Shown: positions 18,806-29,331, counted from the stretch's first letter. The stretch: DNA of 64,000 bases from an uncultured Gemmatimonadota bacterium (GCA_964573995.1 CAZNLH010000001.1:112810-176809); one strand, 5' to 3'. Made by a program: numbers and translations. The notes: a model not told the origin generated them from the sequence alone.

Positions 18806-20121
18806 GGTGTTCGACCGCCTTTCCCGCTTTGCAGGCCCAGTCTCTCAAAGATTCGGTCTACGTTCCGCAGATGGTACCCGACGTCGAACGAGCCGGCGAT
18901 CTCGTCCTCAGATAGGTGGCGCCTGAGTTTCTTGCTTGCAAGGGCCCTTTCCCTGAAGGTCCGGCCCGATCTCTCCTCGCTCAAGGCGATCGACTGGATG
19001 ATGGAATACGCCTCCTCGCGTGTCAGCCCCTTTTGTACCAACTTCAATAACAGGCCCTGGGAAAAGATCATCCCGCCAGTCATGTGCAGGTTTTTGTCCA
19101 TCCTCTCCCGGTGAACTATGAGACCTTCAAGGACCTGCTGGAAGATGGTCAACATGTAATAGACGAGGATGGTGCTGTCGGGGATGATCACACGCTCCAC
19201 GGAAGAATGTGTAATATCTCGTTCGTGCCAGAGGTTGATGTTCTCCATGGCTGCGAAGGAATTGGCCCTGAGAACCCTGGATAGCCCCGCGACCCGCTCG
19301 CAGAGGATCGGGTTCCTCTTGTGAGGCATTGCTGATGAACCCTTCTGCCCGCTCCGGAAGGGCTCCTCGAGTTCCCCTATCTCCGTTCTGTGGAGGTTGC
19401 GGATCTCCGTTGCGAATTTTTCAAGCCCCGAGCCGATCATGGCGATCGCACAGAGGTAGAATGCGTGGCGGTCGCGCGAGATGATCTGAGAGGAAATAGA
19501 TGCGGGTCTTAGGCCGAGCCGATTCATGACGTAGGATTCTACCCCGGGATCGAGGTGGGCGAAGGTCCCGACCGCTCCCGATAATTTCCCACAAGAGATC
19601 TCTTCAACGGCCAATCTGAAATGATCCTTTAAGCGCTTCATCTCATCATACCATGAAGCGAACTTCAGGCCGAGCGTAATGGGCTCGGCATGAACCCCGT
19701 GGGTCCGTCCTATCATGGGGGTCCGTTTCTCCTGCATCGCCATTCGTGCCAGGCGGCCGATTACAAGGTCTATCCGTTCCAGGATGATCCCCCCTGCCTC
19801 CTTCATCTGCAGGGCAAGGGTGGTATCGAGGAGGTCGGAGGAAGTAAGGCCAAGATGGATATAACGGGAAGGCCTGCCTACATTCTCGGCGATATTGGTC
19901 AGGAAGGCGATGACATCATGATGTGTCTCTTTCTCTATTTCTCGCACACGGGATACGTCGAAGGTGGCCTTCTCCTTGATCGCCTTCAGGTCGTCCTGCG
20001 GAACAACTCCTTCTTTGGAAAGGGCCTCGCAGACGTACAACTCTATCCTCAACCATATCGAGAACTTGGTCGTATCTTCCCAGATTTCTTTCAGCGGAGA
20101 AAGGGAATATCTTTCTATCAT
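18802..20121 (-). CDS. purB: Adenylosuccinate lyase.
   Basis: 'MIERYSLSPLKEIWEDTTKFSIWLRIE' and the fumarate-lyase signature 'GSSAMPHKRNP'. Confidence 0.93.
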   Translation of the reverse strand: MIERYSLSPLKEIWEDTTKFSIWLRIELYVCEALSKEGVVPQDDLKAIKEKATFDVSRVREIEKETHHDVIAFLTNIAENVGRPSRYIHLGLTSSDLLDTTLALQMKEAGGIILERIDLVIGRLARMAMQEKRTPMIGRTHGVHAEPITLGLKFASWYDEMKRLKDHFRLAVEEISCGKLSGAVGTFAHLDPGVESYVMNRLGLRPASISSQIISRDRHAFYLCAIAMIGSGLEKFATEIRNLHRTEIGELEEPFRSGQKGSSAMPHKRNPILCERVAGLSRVLRANSFAAMENINLWHERDITHSSVERVIIPDSTILVYYMLTIFQQVLEGLIVHRERMDKNLHMTGGMIFSQGLLLKLVQKGLTREEAYSIIQSIALSEERSGRTFRERALASKKLRRHLSEDEIAGSFDVGYHLRNVDRIFERLGLQSGKGGRTP

Positions 20122-20127
20122 ACGCCC

Positions 20128-21687
20128 TCAGCCGATTAAAAGCGATCGATAGATCAGGCGGTTGTTCCTTTCGAGGACCATCGAATTTCGGCGCCGGGAA
20201 AGGTTTTTGAGCACGCTCTTGGCCTCTTCTGCAGATCGGATATCGGTGTTGTTGACCTTGAGAATCACGTCGAACGGTTTCAACCCATTGTCTTCCGAGA
20301 GTAAGGGGTTGGTGACTTCAAGGATCAGGGCTCCACGTTGGCTCTGCAGGCCGAGTTGACTGCGAATGGGATCGTCTATGTCGGCGAGTATCAGGCCGAG
20401 GTCCACCTTTATCTTCTTGGCCGTGTCGGTAGGGCGTGGGACTGTCTCGAATTTCACATCCGAATAGTGGCCTTCTCTATATACTTCAAGGTCGATATCG
20501 GTGTTTGTCTCGATATCGAGCAGGAGTCCTTCCCAATCCTGGGACGAACGTATAGATCTACCATTGATGCGGGTAATGACGTCTCCTCGCTGGATTCCCG
20601 CCTTGCCGGCGGGGCTCCCGTCATCTACATCGACGACAATGACGCCCTGCATGTTTTCATCTCCAAGTTCGAGCCCCTTCCGAAGCGATGGATTGAGGTC
20701 CTGGGGATGAATGCCGATCCAGGGCCTCAGTACCCTCTGGTATCGCAATATCTCCCTGTACACACGCTTGGCCCGGTCTATGGGTATGGCGAAACCGATG
20801 CCGAGAGACCCCCCGCTCTTTGTGAATATAAAGGTATTGACACCTACGACCTCGCCCTCTGAATTTACCAGTGGGCCGCCGCTGTTACCGGGATTGATCG
20901 AGGCGTCCGTCTGGATCATGTCGGCATACAGAGTGGATTCTCCCTTCGATAACTTGATGTCCCTGTTCAGGGCACTGACAACACCGACGGTTACGGTCGG
21001 CTGGGTATCATCGAGGAGATATCCGAACGGGTTCCCGATGGCGATGACCCATTCACCGATCAGGAGGTTGAGGGAAGTTCCGACCTTGGAGACGGGGAGA
21101 TCGTCAGCCTCGATCTTCAATATAGCGAGGTCGGACAACTTATCGGATCCCAGTATGGATGCCTGGTATTCGCGTCCATCTACCAGGATGACGGTGATCT
21201 TTTCAGCGTCCCTGACAACGTGCTCGTTTGTGAATATATGTCCGTCACCAGATATGATGAACCCAGATCCGAGGCTCTGAACCTGTTGCTTGTAACCCTG
21301 AGGAAAGAAGAAATCTTTCCAGAAATCGTTGAAGAACGGATTCCCGCTCTGTACGATTCTGGTCTGAAGGACGTTTATGCTCACCACTGCCGGCCCTTCC
21401 TCCTCGGCCGCCCTTACGATAGCATTCTCACGCGACGAACCAATGGAATGGTCCTGCAACCCCCGGGATTGATGCCTGCTGTTCCCAGCAGTAGGTGACT
21501 CACCTACAAGGGCCGTATCCAGTGCCGTGGTTGCTGCATTTGACGGAAGTACCGGCTTATCCGGAATACTCCTTGCTCCTTCATCCACGAAGAAGTACCA
21601 GGTGATGGCACCGCCGATGAAAAGGCTGATGAGGGATAAGAGGAAGAGGGAAGTCGGGCTTTCAACTCCGCCCGTGTGATGTTTCAA
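20128..21687 (-). CDS. htrA: HtrA/DegP-family periplasmic serine endoprotease with two PDZ domains.
   Basis: Catalytic triad context 'HIFTNEHVV', 'DLAILKI', 'GNSGGPLVNSEGEVVGVNTFI', followed by two PDZ-like regions. N-terminal TM/signal anchor. Confidence 0.9.
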   Translation of the reverse strand: MKHHTGGVESPTSLFLLSLISLFIGGAITWYFFVDEGARSIPDKPVLPSNAATTALDTALVGESPTAGNSRHQSRGLQDHSIGSSRENAIVRAAEEEGPAVVSINVLQTRIVQSGNPFFNDFWKDFFFPQGYKQQVQSLGSGFIISGDGHIFTNEHVVRDAEKITVILVDGREYQASILGSDKLSDLAILKIEADDLPVSKVGTSLNLLIGEWVIAIGNPFGYLLDDTQPTVTVGVVSALNRDIKLSKGESTLYADMIQTDASINPGNSGGPLVNSEGEVVGVNTFIFTKSGGSLGIGFAIPIDRAKRVYREILRYQRVLRPWIGIHPQDLNPSLRKGLELGDENMQGVIVVDVDDGSPAGKAGIQRGDVITRINGRSIRSSQDWEGLLLDIETNTDIDLEVYREGHYSDVKFETVPRPTDTAKKIKVDLGLILADIDDPIRSQLGLQSQRGALILEVTNPLLSEDNGLKPFDVILKVNNTDIRSAEEAKSVLKNLSRRRNSMVLERNNRLIYRSLLIG

Positions 21688-22340
21688 GGGGTCGCACCTC
21701 CCTCTGAGCGCTTCCAGTCATCAAGAAAGCGCTCGATACCTACATCGGTCAAGGGGTGATGAAGCAGTTTTGTCAGGACATGGTACGGAATGGTGGCAAC
21801 GTCTGCGCCCGTGATGGCCGCCTCTATTACGTGGAGCGGATTTCGAATACTTGCCACGATGACCTTCGTAGAAAAATCGTAGTTTGCAAAGATCGAGCAG
21901 GTCTCTCTCACAACCTCCATCCCATCGTGGCCTGCATCATCAAGGCGACCGATGAACGGGCTCACGAAAGTGGCGCCCGCCTTTGCCGCCAACATCGCCT
22001 GGAGGGAAGAAAAGACAAGGGTCACGTTAGTATTTATTCCCTCCTGACTCAGCATCCGCACGGCCTTCATCCCTTCCTCTCCAACCGGTATCTTCACGGT
22101 GATATTTTCGGCGATCCGTGAGAGAGCGCGCGCCTGGTCGACCATTTCCCCGCACTTCAGGCCGACGACCTCCGCGCTGACGGGCCCATCGACCTCCCTG
22201 CATATTTCGGATAATATCTCCCATGGGTCTCCATCTTCCCTGGCCAGGAGCGTTGGGTTGGTTGTAACGCCATCGACCAGGCCAAGGGAGTTGGCCTCCC
22301 GTATCTCCTTTATGTTTGCCGTATCGATAAAGAAAAGCAT
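21684..22340 (-). CDS. tal: Transaldolase (short form) / fructose-6-phosphate aldolase family.
   Basis: 'MLFFIDTANIKEIREANSLGLVDGVTTNPTLL...KIPVGEEGMKAVRMLSQEGINTNVTLVFS' contains the Schiff-base Lys context. Confidence 0.9.
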   Translation of the reverse strand: MLFFIDTANIKEIREANSLGLVDGVTTNPTLLAREDGDPWEILSEICREVDGPVSAEVVGLKCGEMVDQARALSRIAENITVKIPVGEEGMKAVRMLSQEGINTNVTLVFSSLQAMLAAKAGATFVSPFIGRLDDAGHDGMEVVRETCSIFANYDFSTKVIVASIRNPLHVIEAAITGADVATIPYHVLTKLLHHPLTDVGIERFLDDWKRSEGGATP

Positions 22341-22389
22341 GATCCTCCCTTTCAGGGTTCACGATAGTTACTAATCGGGAATGGTCGCT

Positions 22390-23091
22390 TTATTCCACCC
22401 ATTTCAGGTCGTAATTGCCCAGGCTCAGGAATGGATGGGTGGATTTAAGCACGAGGGTCGTTACGCCATCCTTGAAGACCTTTACATTTTCCTTCTTTTT
22501 TGAGATACTGACCGCTCCCGAGTTGAATTTTCTCCGATAATCATTTGACAGGTCATTGCCCACGAATACATCAATCCGGTATTCTCCTGCTGGCAGAGAG
22601 ACTTCGTACCTGCCGAATTGAAAATTGTTCTTGAGTATCGTCCACCCCTCGCTTCTAACCTCTTCATCTGTCTTGTCATCTACCTTTTCGTATGCCACCT
22701 TTTCATTTGCCTTTATTCGAAACACGATACTGTTTGCCTCGGTAGCAATCGCCCGATCACCCCCCCTCCTGAAACGAATAGTCGTCGTCAGGGTGGGGCC
22801 GGTCACGATTACCATCAATTTTCCAGTCCCGAACGATTCTCCAATAACGGATAAAGTGCCGTTTTCGTTATCGGCACCGAATTCGATCGTTAGAATTTTT
22901 TCCTTGCTTACCGCCAATTCATTGATAAAGGAGGTCTTGAAGAAGAGGGTATCACCGCTCATTCGAAGCATCCTGCCGCTGAAGATAGTCCCGTCCCTGA
23001 GCGTCACTCGATCCTGTGAGGCCGCGGAGGTCGCTGTGACGATTATTATAAAAAGGGAGAAGATGACCCGGTAAATTGCATGATTTCTCAT
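22390..23091 (-). CDS. Hypothetical secreted protein (signal peptide).
   Basis: N-terminal 'MRNHAIYRVIFSLFIIIVTATSAASQ'. No recognisable family. Confidence 0.4.
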   Translation of the reverse strand: MRNHAIYRVIFSLFIIIVTATSAASQDRVTLRDGTIFSGRMLRMSGDTLFFKTSFINELAVSKEKILTIEFGADNENGTLSVIGESFGTGKLMVIVTGPTLTTTIRFRRGGDRAIATEANSIVFRIKANEKVAYEKVDDKTDEEVRSEGWTILKNNFQFGRYEVSLPAGEYRIDVFVGNDLSNDYRRKFNSGAVSISKKKENVKVFKDGVTTLVLKSTHPFLSLGNYDLKWVE

Positions 23092-23095
23092 AATA

Positions 23096-23842
23096 TCAAT
23101 ACCTTACGTGGTGCAGACATAGACCCTGTGGAGGCGCGAGCCATGGATGGGGCCAAGCATCCGCGCCTCGTGAAAGTATTTCCTCGAGTAATGAAATATC
23201 GTATTTCATGGAACCTATATCAATGAGTAATGCCAGGATCCGTCGAATCATATGCGGTAGAAACCTATTGGCTGTGACCTGGAAGGAGTAGCCGCAAGGG
23301 GATCGTTCCCAGGCGATTTGTTGGACCTCGCAGATCGTATTGTCTCCCAACTCACTCTCCTTGGCAAATGCCCGGAAATCTCTCTTCCCGAGGAAGAGAG
23401 AAGATGCCTTTTCAATGGACAGCATGTCCAGGGAGACCCCAGGATACCAGGTAAAACGGTTAGTTAGCGGGGATTCCAGCATGTCCCACATACCCAGCCT
23501 GTAGTAATAAGTCCTGCACACCGCGGAGAAACGCGCGTTAAACCCCGATGAAACTTCCCTCACTTCCCTTATAAATATATCTCTTGGGAGGCGTTGATTC
23601 AAGGCAAGCCTAAGATTCTGCAACGGCAGGGTCCTGCTGGTAGTGAAGTTGACCACCTGCCCGTCGGCGTGGACGCCTCGGTCAGTTCTCCCTGCGGCGG
23701 TAAGGCGAATATCTTCGTTCAACAGCCCGGATAATTTCTCCTGAAGGGTTCCCTGTATCGTTCGCAGGGCAGGCTGTACTTGCCATCCGTGAAAATCCGT
23801 GCCGTCATAGGCGACAACGGCCTTGATGTTTCTTCCTATCAA
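23096..23842 (-). CDS. truA: tRNA pseudouridine(38-40) synthase.
   Basis: 'IKAVVAYDGTDFHGWQVQP...AAGRTDRGVHADGQVVNF' with the catalytic Asp context. Confidence 0.9.
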   Translation of the reverse strand: MIGRNIKAVVAYDGTDFHGWQVQPALRTIQGTLQEKLSGLLNEDIRLTAAGRTDRGVHADGQVVNFTTSRTLPLQNLRLALNQRLPRDIFIREVREVSSGFNARFSAVCRTYYYRLGMWDMLESPLTNRFTWYPGVSLDMLSIEKASSLFLGKRDFRAFAKESELGDNTICEVQQIAWERSPCGYSFQVTANRFLPHMIRRILALLIDIGSMKYDISLLEEILSRGADAWPHPWLAPPQGLCLHHVRY

Positions 23843-24877
23843 CCCGAACCTGCGGATGAGATTTCAATCTGTTTCAATATTCGATTCGCATCCCGCGGTT
23901 CACCGTACCGGGGCACGGGACACAGGATAAGCGCGTGGGCTATGTGGAACCTTGAATCAGGTTTATTATAGCAAAGTGTAACGAAAGTGTCAAATGAAGG
24001 GGGGGGCACACACCTTGAATTGGTATCTCTATCTCCGTATTGTCCTTCGCTGGTTCATCAGAAATCGGACCTGCCTGTTCAATTCTTCCTCGCGCATGAT
24101 TTCCCTTGCGGCCTCTATCTTTGCATCGATCTTGTCCTGCCATTCACTGCCTCGAGTTCGAGGCTCGGGTGTGCCCTTTTCATGGATGTCTCCACGAGGC
24201 TGTCCTGTGCCATTGCTCCCAGCCGGCAGCCTGATGTCTCTTTCAAGTGGGGCTTGGTAGCCGGGAAGGAGGTACTTGAGCAAGGCAGATAAACGCCGGT
24301 GTTCATTCATGTCCGCGTTCCAGTCGGAATGTCCGTCTCAAGTCCTTCATAATTATCTTGCTTGGGTTAATGGCGATTAGGATCCTTGTGACTTGAGTGG
24401 AGTTTGCAATCTTCATACCATAGACAGGCCGTTGGTCCTCTGTGCATGAAATCAACCGAATGTCGATGATGGGAAGGGCCGGCCCGGGTGAATGAGGCAG
24501 GACGGGCTCTGTGTTGCTCCATGTCACAATACCTCGTGCCTTGTGCTCTTCGTGGCCGCTGGGCTTATTGATGCTTGGATGGAAGGTTCATTGGAAACTT
24601 TTTCATGGGGCGTGAAAAAAGGAAAGACTTGCCGCTGATCCCGGGGGATGTTATGTTACGTTCAGGAATGTCCCGGCGGATTCCAAGCCCGCCAACCGGC
24701 GACGAAGTGGCTTTGATTGCCAGGAGATCGAGGAAGAAGAGGTACGAAACCTGCCGTCGGGGCCGTTCAATATTGTTTCTGAGTATGCTGTCTCACCGTT
24801 CTTAGTGAACTACCCTTTATGTCGAACCGAGCGACTGCCTATCGAGCACTTGCACGAATGGAAGGAGTTGATCGAAC

Positions 24878-25879
24878 ATGGGGAAAAATATCGACATAGA
24901 ATTCGGGGGACGTAAGGTCCACCTCCCAGGCATCAATCCTTTTACCGCGGGATTGAAGGTGCTTCTGTTAATAATCTTCTCCCTGTGGATCATCTCGGGA
25001 ATATACATCGTCGGTCCTGATGAAATAGGGGTTATCCGGAGGTTCGGGAAGGCCGTAAGAAACTCTCCGCCCGGCATACACTATCACCTTCCTTCTCCCA
25101 TAGAGATGGTAGACGAACCCAAGGTTACCGAGGTAAAACGGTTGGAAGTGGGTTTCAGGACCCTCGACCCCGGCCCGCCTGCGAAATACCGGAAGGTCCT
25201 CCAGGAGGCGCAGATGCTGACGGGGGACGAGAACATCGTGAACGTAGAGATCATCGTACAGTACAAGGTCAAGGAGCCAAGGGACTACCTGTTCAATATC
25301 CGCAGCCTGAAGAGCATACTCCGTCATGCAACCGAGGCGGCCCTTCGACAGGTTGTGGGCAACCACCCGATAGATGAGGTGTTGACGACCGGGAAGTTCC
25401 AGATCCAGGAAGAGACAAAGGCATTGCTGCAATCGATCGTAGACCGGTATGAATCGGGCCTGATGATCCTCGCCGTTCAACTCCAGGATGTACATCCGCC
25501 AGAGGAGGTCGTGCAGGCCTTCAAAGACGTGGCCAGCGCCAAGGAGGACAAGGACAAGTTGATTAATCAGGCCAAGGGGTACCGGAACGATGTGATCCCC
25601 AAGGCCAAGGGTGAGGCGGAGAAGATGATAAGGGAAGCGGAAGGGTACCATGAAAAGCGTATCAAGACGGCGGAAGGGGATGCTGAACGGTTTATTGAGG
25701 TATGGAAAGAATACCGAAAGGCCAAGGAGGTGACACGCCAGCGGCTCTACCTTGAGACCATGGAGCGGATAATGCCCGAGGTTCAGAAGATCATAGTAAC
25801 ACCTGGATCCAACACCGCGCTGCTCAACCTGATGGACATCATGGGTGCCGTTCATGGAAAAGAGGAGGTGAACAAATGA
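24878..25879 (+). CDS. hflK: Protease modulator HflK (SPFH/band-7).
   Basis: A TM anchor followed by an SPFH domain ('IVNVEIIVQYKVKEPRDYLFNI') and a C-terminal coiled coil. Paired with hflC immediately downstream. Confidence 0.88.
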   Translation: MGKNIDIEFGGRKVHLPGINPFTAGLKVLLLIIFSLWIISGIYIVGPDEIGVIRRFGKAVRNSPPGIHYHLPSPIEMVDEPKVTEVKRLEVGFRTLDPGPPAKYRKVLQEAQMLTGDENIVNVEIIVQYKVKEPRDYLFNIRSLKSILRHATEAALRQVVGNHPIDEVLTTGKFQIQEETKALLQSIVDRYESGLMILAVQLQDVHPPEEVVQAFKDVASAKEDKDKLINQAKGYRNDVIPKAKGEAEKMIREAEGYHEKRIKTAEGDAERFIEVWKEYRKAKEVTRQRLYLETMERIMPEVQKIIVTPGSNTALLNLMDIMGAVHGKEEVNK

Positions 25880-26742
25880 AGAGAGACAGCCTGCTACTGA
25901 TATTGATTCTTTTCTTCATCATCGCCTTTTCCATGGTTACCTTCACCGTGGACGAGAAAGAGACCGTGGTGATCACCCAAATGGGTAAGCCGGTCCGGAC
26001 GGTTAAGGACCCCGGGCTTTACTTCAAGTTGCCCTATCCGGTCCAGACCGTTCACGTGTTCGATGACAGGATCCTCGAATACGATTCGACTCCAACGGAG
26101 ATAATCACAAAGGACAAGAAGAACCTTGTGATTGACAACTACGCCAGCTGGAAGATCATCGATCCACTCAAGTTCATGCAGACGGTCGCTACAGAGGCTG
26201 GTGCGCAATCGAGGCTCGATGATATAATTTACTCTGAACTCAGGGTCGAACTTGGTTCACGAGACCTCCTCGATGCCGTGGCGAATTCACGAGCCAAGAT
26301 CATGACTGTCGTCACCACGAAATGCCATCAAAAGGCCCTCGAATACGGCATCGATATCGTGGATGTCAGGGTCAAGAGAGCTGACCTGCCTGCTGAAAAC
26401 GAAAAGTACGTCTTCGAGCGGATGAAGGCCGAAAGGCAGCGGATCGCCAGCCGGTACAGATCCGAGGGGTACGGGGAATCGACAAAGATCAAGGCCGAGA
26501 CCGACAGGGACAAGACGAAGATCCTGGCTGATGCCTACCAAAAGGCACAGGATATACGTGGGGAGGGGGACGCCAAGGCCTTGAAGATATACGCGGATGC
26601 CTATCAGCGAGATCCGGCCTTTTATGATTTCACGAGGAGTCTCGAGGCCTACGAGAAGGGCCTGATGGATAAAACGGTGGTTATCCTGTCTACCAAGAGC
26701 GAACTTTTTAAGTATCTCGAGGGGGCTGTATCGTCGAAATGA
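25876..26742 (+). CDS. hflC: Protease modulator HflC (SPFH/band-7).
   Basis: 'VVITQMGKPVRTVKDPGLYFKLPYPVQTVHVFDDRILEYD'. Start overlaps the hflK stop. Confidence 0.88.
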   Translation: MKRDSLLLILILFFIIAFSMVTFTVDEKETVVITQMGKPVRTVKDPGLYFKLPYPVQTVHVFDDRILEYDSTPTEIITKDKKNLVIDNYASWKIIDPLKFMQTVATEAGAQSRLDDIIYSELRVELGSRDLLDAVANSRAKIMTVVTTKCHQKALEYGIDIVDVRVKRADLPAENEKYVFERMKAERQRIASRYRSEGYGESTKIKAETDRDKTKILADAYQKAQDIRGEGDAKALKIYADAYQRDPAFYDFTRSLEAYEKGLMDKTVVILSTKSELFKYLEGAVSSK

Positions 26743-27548
26743 AGGCAAGCAAGAGGAACATCCTCTTCGCAACGATGCCTTACCAGGAGGTCCAAAGGAA
26801 CCTCAATTTCCTTGAGAGTAACCGGCTGGGCGTCGAGATCGCGACGCATGACACCAACTGGCTTCTCAACATATTCAAGGAATCTATCGCCAGGCGCCTG
26901 GGCGAGGATATAAGGAGCAGGGGGATAATCATACTGTCCAGCGGCCCCATCTTTGACATGAACCCAGGAAGCCTCGATCACGTTGTCAGGCGACATACGG
27001 AGGATTGCTTTGTGCGGGCGCTCGACCTGGCCAGGTCCCTGGACGCCCCTTCCCTCGTCCTGCCGAGCGGCTTCAATCCCCTGCTGCCCGATGAAAGCGT
27101 GGAGGGATGGAAGGAACTTTCCATTGAGACCTGGATAAGGGTGGGGGAGGCCGCGCGAAAGAGGGGGATACGCGTCCTGATCAAGAATATTTTTGATCAC
27201 TCGCCCGATATCATCATGCAACTGATGGAGGCACTGGATGGACTCCCATTCGGGATCTGCCTGGATGTGGGGCACGTCAATGTGTACTCTTCCATGCCGA
27301 CAGGGAAGTGGCTTCGTGCTTTCGGGCCCCAACTACATGAAATCCACCTCCATGACAACCTGGGGACCTCCGATGACCATTTGACCATGGGGGGCGGAAT
27401 TATAGATTTCAAGTCCGTTTTCCGGGATCTGACTCGAAAGTATCGCAGTATACCGTTGACGTTGGACATGGAGATGACAGAGATAACCAAGAGCCTCGAT
27501 TATATCGACAGGCTCGATCTCCTGGGCATGCAACTCAACCTGCTATAA
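26739..27548 (+). CDS. Sugar phosphate isomerase/epimerase (xylose-isomerase-like TIM barrel).
   Basis: 'GICLDVGHVNVY...HEIHLHDN' are the metal-binding His/Asp motifs of the AP_endonuc_2 fold. Confidence 0.6.
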   Translation: MKASKRNILFATMPYQEVQRNLNFLESNRLGVEIATHDTNWLLNIFKESIARRLGEDIRSRGIIILSSGPIFDMNPGSLDHVVRRHTEDCFVRALDLARSLDAPSLVLPSGFNPLLPDESVEGWKELSIETWIRVGEAARKRGIRVLIKNIFDHSPDIIMQLMEALDGLPFGICLDVGHVNVYSSMPTGKWLRAFGPQLHEIHLHDNLGTSDDHLTMGGGIIDFKSVFRDLTRKYRSIPLTLDMEMTEITKSLDYIDRLDLLGMQLNLL

Positions 27549-27673
27549 AGACATGCTCGGCGGAGATTGACAGCGCGATTCGGCGTCATTATTCTTAGAT
27601 ACCGGCAAGTTGTACCCAGCAATTCTGGAAGGCACTCGACTGAGGGGGGGATGATATCCTGGACCGGATTACC

Positions 27674-28015
27674 TTGAAGGGAATGAAGTTCTTTTCTCAT
27701 GCGGGGCTTTATCCCTTCGAGAGGGAGGTGGGCCAGCCGATCGAGGTCGACGTTACCTGTTTTCTGGATTTGAAAGAAGCGGGAGAGACCGACAGGCTCG
27801 ATAAGACGATAGATTACTCGATGATCTATGACCGGGTCGAGTCGATCGTTGCAAAGGGAAATCACAACCTGATCGAGGCGCTGGCCACGGATATCGCGTC
27901 ATCCATCCTTGATTGCAGCACCCTGAGAGGGGTGAGGGTCAGGTGCCGAAAACCGAAGGTCAGACTCCCCGGAATGCTCGATTTCGTCGAGGTGACGATT
28001 GAAAGGAACAAGTGA
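27674..28015 (+). CDS. folB: Dihydroneopterin aldolase.
   Basis: 'LKGMKFFSHAGLYPFEREVGQPIEVDV...YSMIYDRVESIV' matches FolB. TTG start per the ORF track. Confidence 0.85.
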   Translation: MKGMKFFSHAGLYPFEREVGQPIEVDVTCFLDLKEAGETDRLDKTIDYSMIYDRVESIVAKGNHNLIEALATDIASSILDCSTLRGVRVRCRKPKVRLPGMLDFVEVTIERNK

Positions 28016-28523
28016 AAGATGGGCGGTTGCATTTATCGGGCTGGGCTCAAATCTCGGCGAAAGGCAGAGTTACCTCAGTGAGGCGATAAGACGCCTCAAG
28101 CAGGTACCCGGAACGAACATTATAGGTCTCTCTCGCGTGTTGAACACCCAACCGGTAGATAACACGGACCAGCCGGAGTTCCTGAATCAGGTCGTCGCAG
28201 TTGAGTCTGCCCTGTCTCCACACGAAATGCTGGCCGCACTCCAGGCGATAGAGGATCAACTGGGGCGAGTTAGGACGACATGGAAGGGCCCGAGGACTAT
28301 CGACATGGATATACTCCTCTTCGACGACCTCGTCATCTCCGTTTCAAACCTCACAATCCCTCACCCCAGACTCCTGAGACGCCCCTTTTTTATGCGCCAG
28401 ATACTCGAAATCGACCCATTGATCGTGGAGCCCGTAAGTTGCCGGCCCTTGGAGGCCTTATTGACCAACGGAGGAATTGAAACCCCCCTTAGCGGAGAGA
28501 TCGATAATGAAAAGAGAGGATGA
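27999..28523 (+). CDS. folK: 2-amino-4-hydroxy-6-hydroxymethyldihydropteridine pyrophosphokinase.
   Basis: 'AVAFIGLGSNLGERQSYLSEAIRRL...WKGPRTIDMDILLFDD' matches HPPK. TTG start overlaps the folB stop. Confidence 0.88.
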   Translation: MKGTSERWAVAFIGLGSNLGERQSYLSEAIRRLKQVPGTNIIGLSRVLNTQPVDNTDQPEFLNQVVAVESALSPHEMLAALQAIEDQLGRVRTTWKGPRTIDMDILLFDDLVISVSNLTIPHPRLLRRPFFMRQILEIDPLIVEPVSCRPLEALLTNGGIETPLSGEIDNEKRG

Positions 28524-29331
28524 CGACAAGAGCATGAGACCCCGTTCTCTCGTAGATTACAGGAGGATGAAGGAGAGAGGGGAAAAGATCGCCGTGTTGA
28601 CAGCCTATGACTTCTTGATGGCAAGGATCCTGGAATCGAGCGGCATAGACATGGTCCTCGTGGGAGATTCAGTGGGAATGGTATTCTCCGGCCATTCCAA
28701 TACCCTCCCGGTCACTGTGGATGAGATGATTTACCACGCTCGAGCGGTCGGAAGAGGGATAAAGGACACGCCGATAATAGTAGATATGCCATTCATGAGT
28801 TTCCAGGTCTCATCCACCGAGGCCGTCCGGAATTGCGGGCACGTACTCAAGGAGACCCGTGCCATGGCCGTGAAAATCGAGGGTGGAGAGGAGATTATGC
28901 CGACGGTCTCGGCCCTGATCCGTGCATCGATCCCCGTCATGGGCCATATCGGGTTGACGCCTCAGTCGATACATCGTTTCGGCGGCTATGGGTTGCAGGG
29001 AAGGGATCCCGAGCAGAAGGAGAAACTCATGCGGGATGCCGCCCGTTTGCAGGAGGCCGGCTGTTTTTCCATCGTCCTCGAGATGATACCCTCGGAATTG
29101 GCCGGAAAGATAACAGCGAACCTCGATATTCCAACGATCGGCATCGGCGCGGGGCCCTCCTGCGACGGCCAAGTGCTTGTGCTGCCCGATATGCTCGGCC
29201 TGAACGAAGGTTTCGAGCCGAAGTTCCTGAAGAAGTACGCATCGCTCGGTCAGGAGACGAGACATGCAGTCCGCGCCTTTATAGAGGAAGTAAAATCCGG
29301 GATGTATCCCTCGGACAAAGAGAGTTATTGA
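28507..29331 (+). CDS. panB: 3-methyl-2-oxobutanoate hydroxymethyltransferase.
   Basis: 'KIAVLTAYDFLMARILESSGIDMVLVGDSVGMVFSGHSNTLPVTVDEMIYH' matches PanB. Start chosen by N-terminal alignment; the track ORF begins at 28477. Confidence 0.9.
   Translation: MKREDDDKSMRPRSLVDYRRMKERGEKIAVLTAYDFLMARILESSGIDMVLVGDSVGMVFSGHSNTLPVTVDEMIYHARAVGRGIKDTPIIVDMPFMSFQVSSTEAVRNCGHVLKETRAMAVKIEGGEEIMPTVSALIRASIPVMGHIGLTPQSIHRFGGYGLQGRDPEQKEKLMRDAARLQEAGCFSIVLEMIPSELAGKITANLDIPTIGIGAGPSCDGQVLVLPDMLGLNEGFEPKFLKKYASLGQETRHAVRAFIEEVKSGMYPSDKESY

Noticed and set aside
24968-25855. 295-aa minus-strand ORF antisense to hflK
   Set aside because: It overlaps a confidently identified SPFH gene. The sequence is low-complexity with no family signal. 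It is an open frame caused by high GC.
26649-27332. 227-aa minus-strand ORF antisense to the sugar phosphate isomerase gene
   Set aside because: Antisense to a TIM-barrel CDS with clear metal-binding motifs. No independent support.
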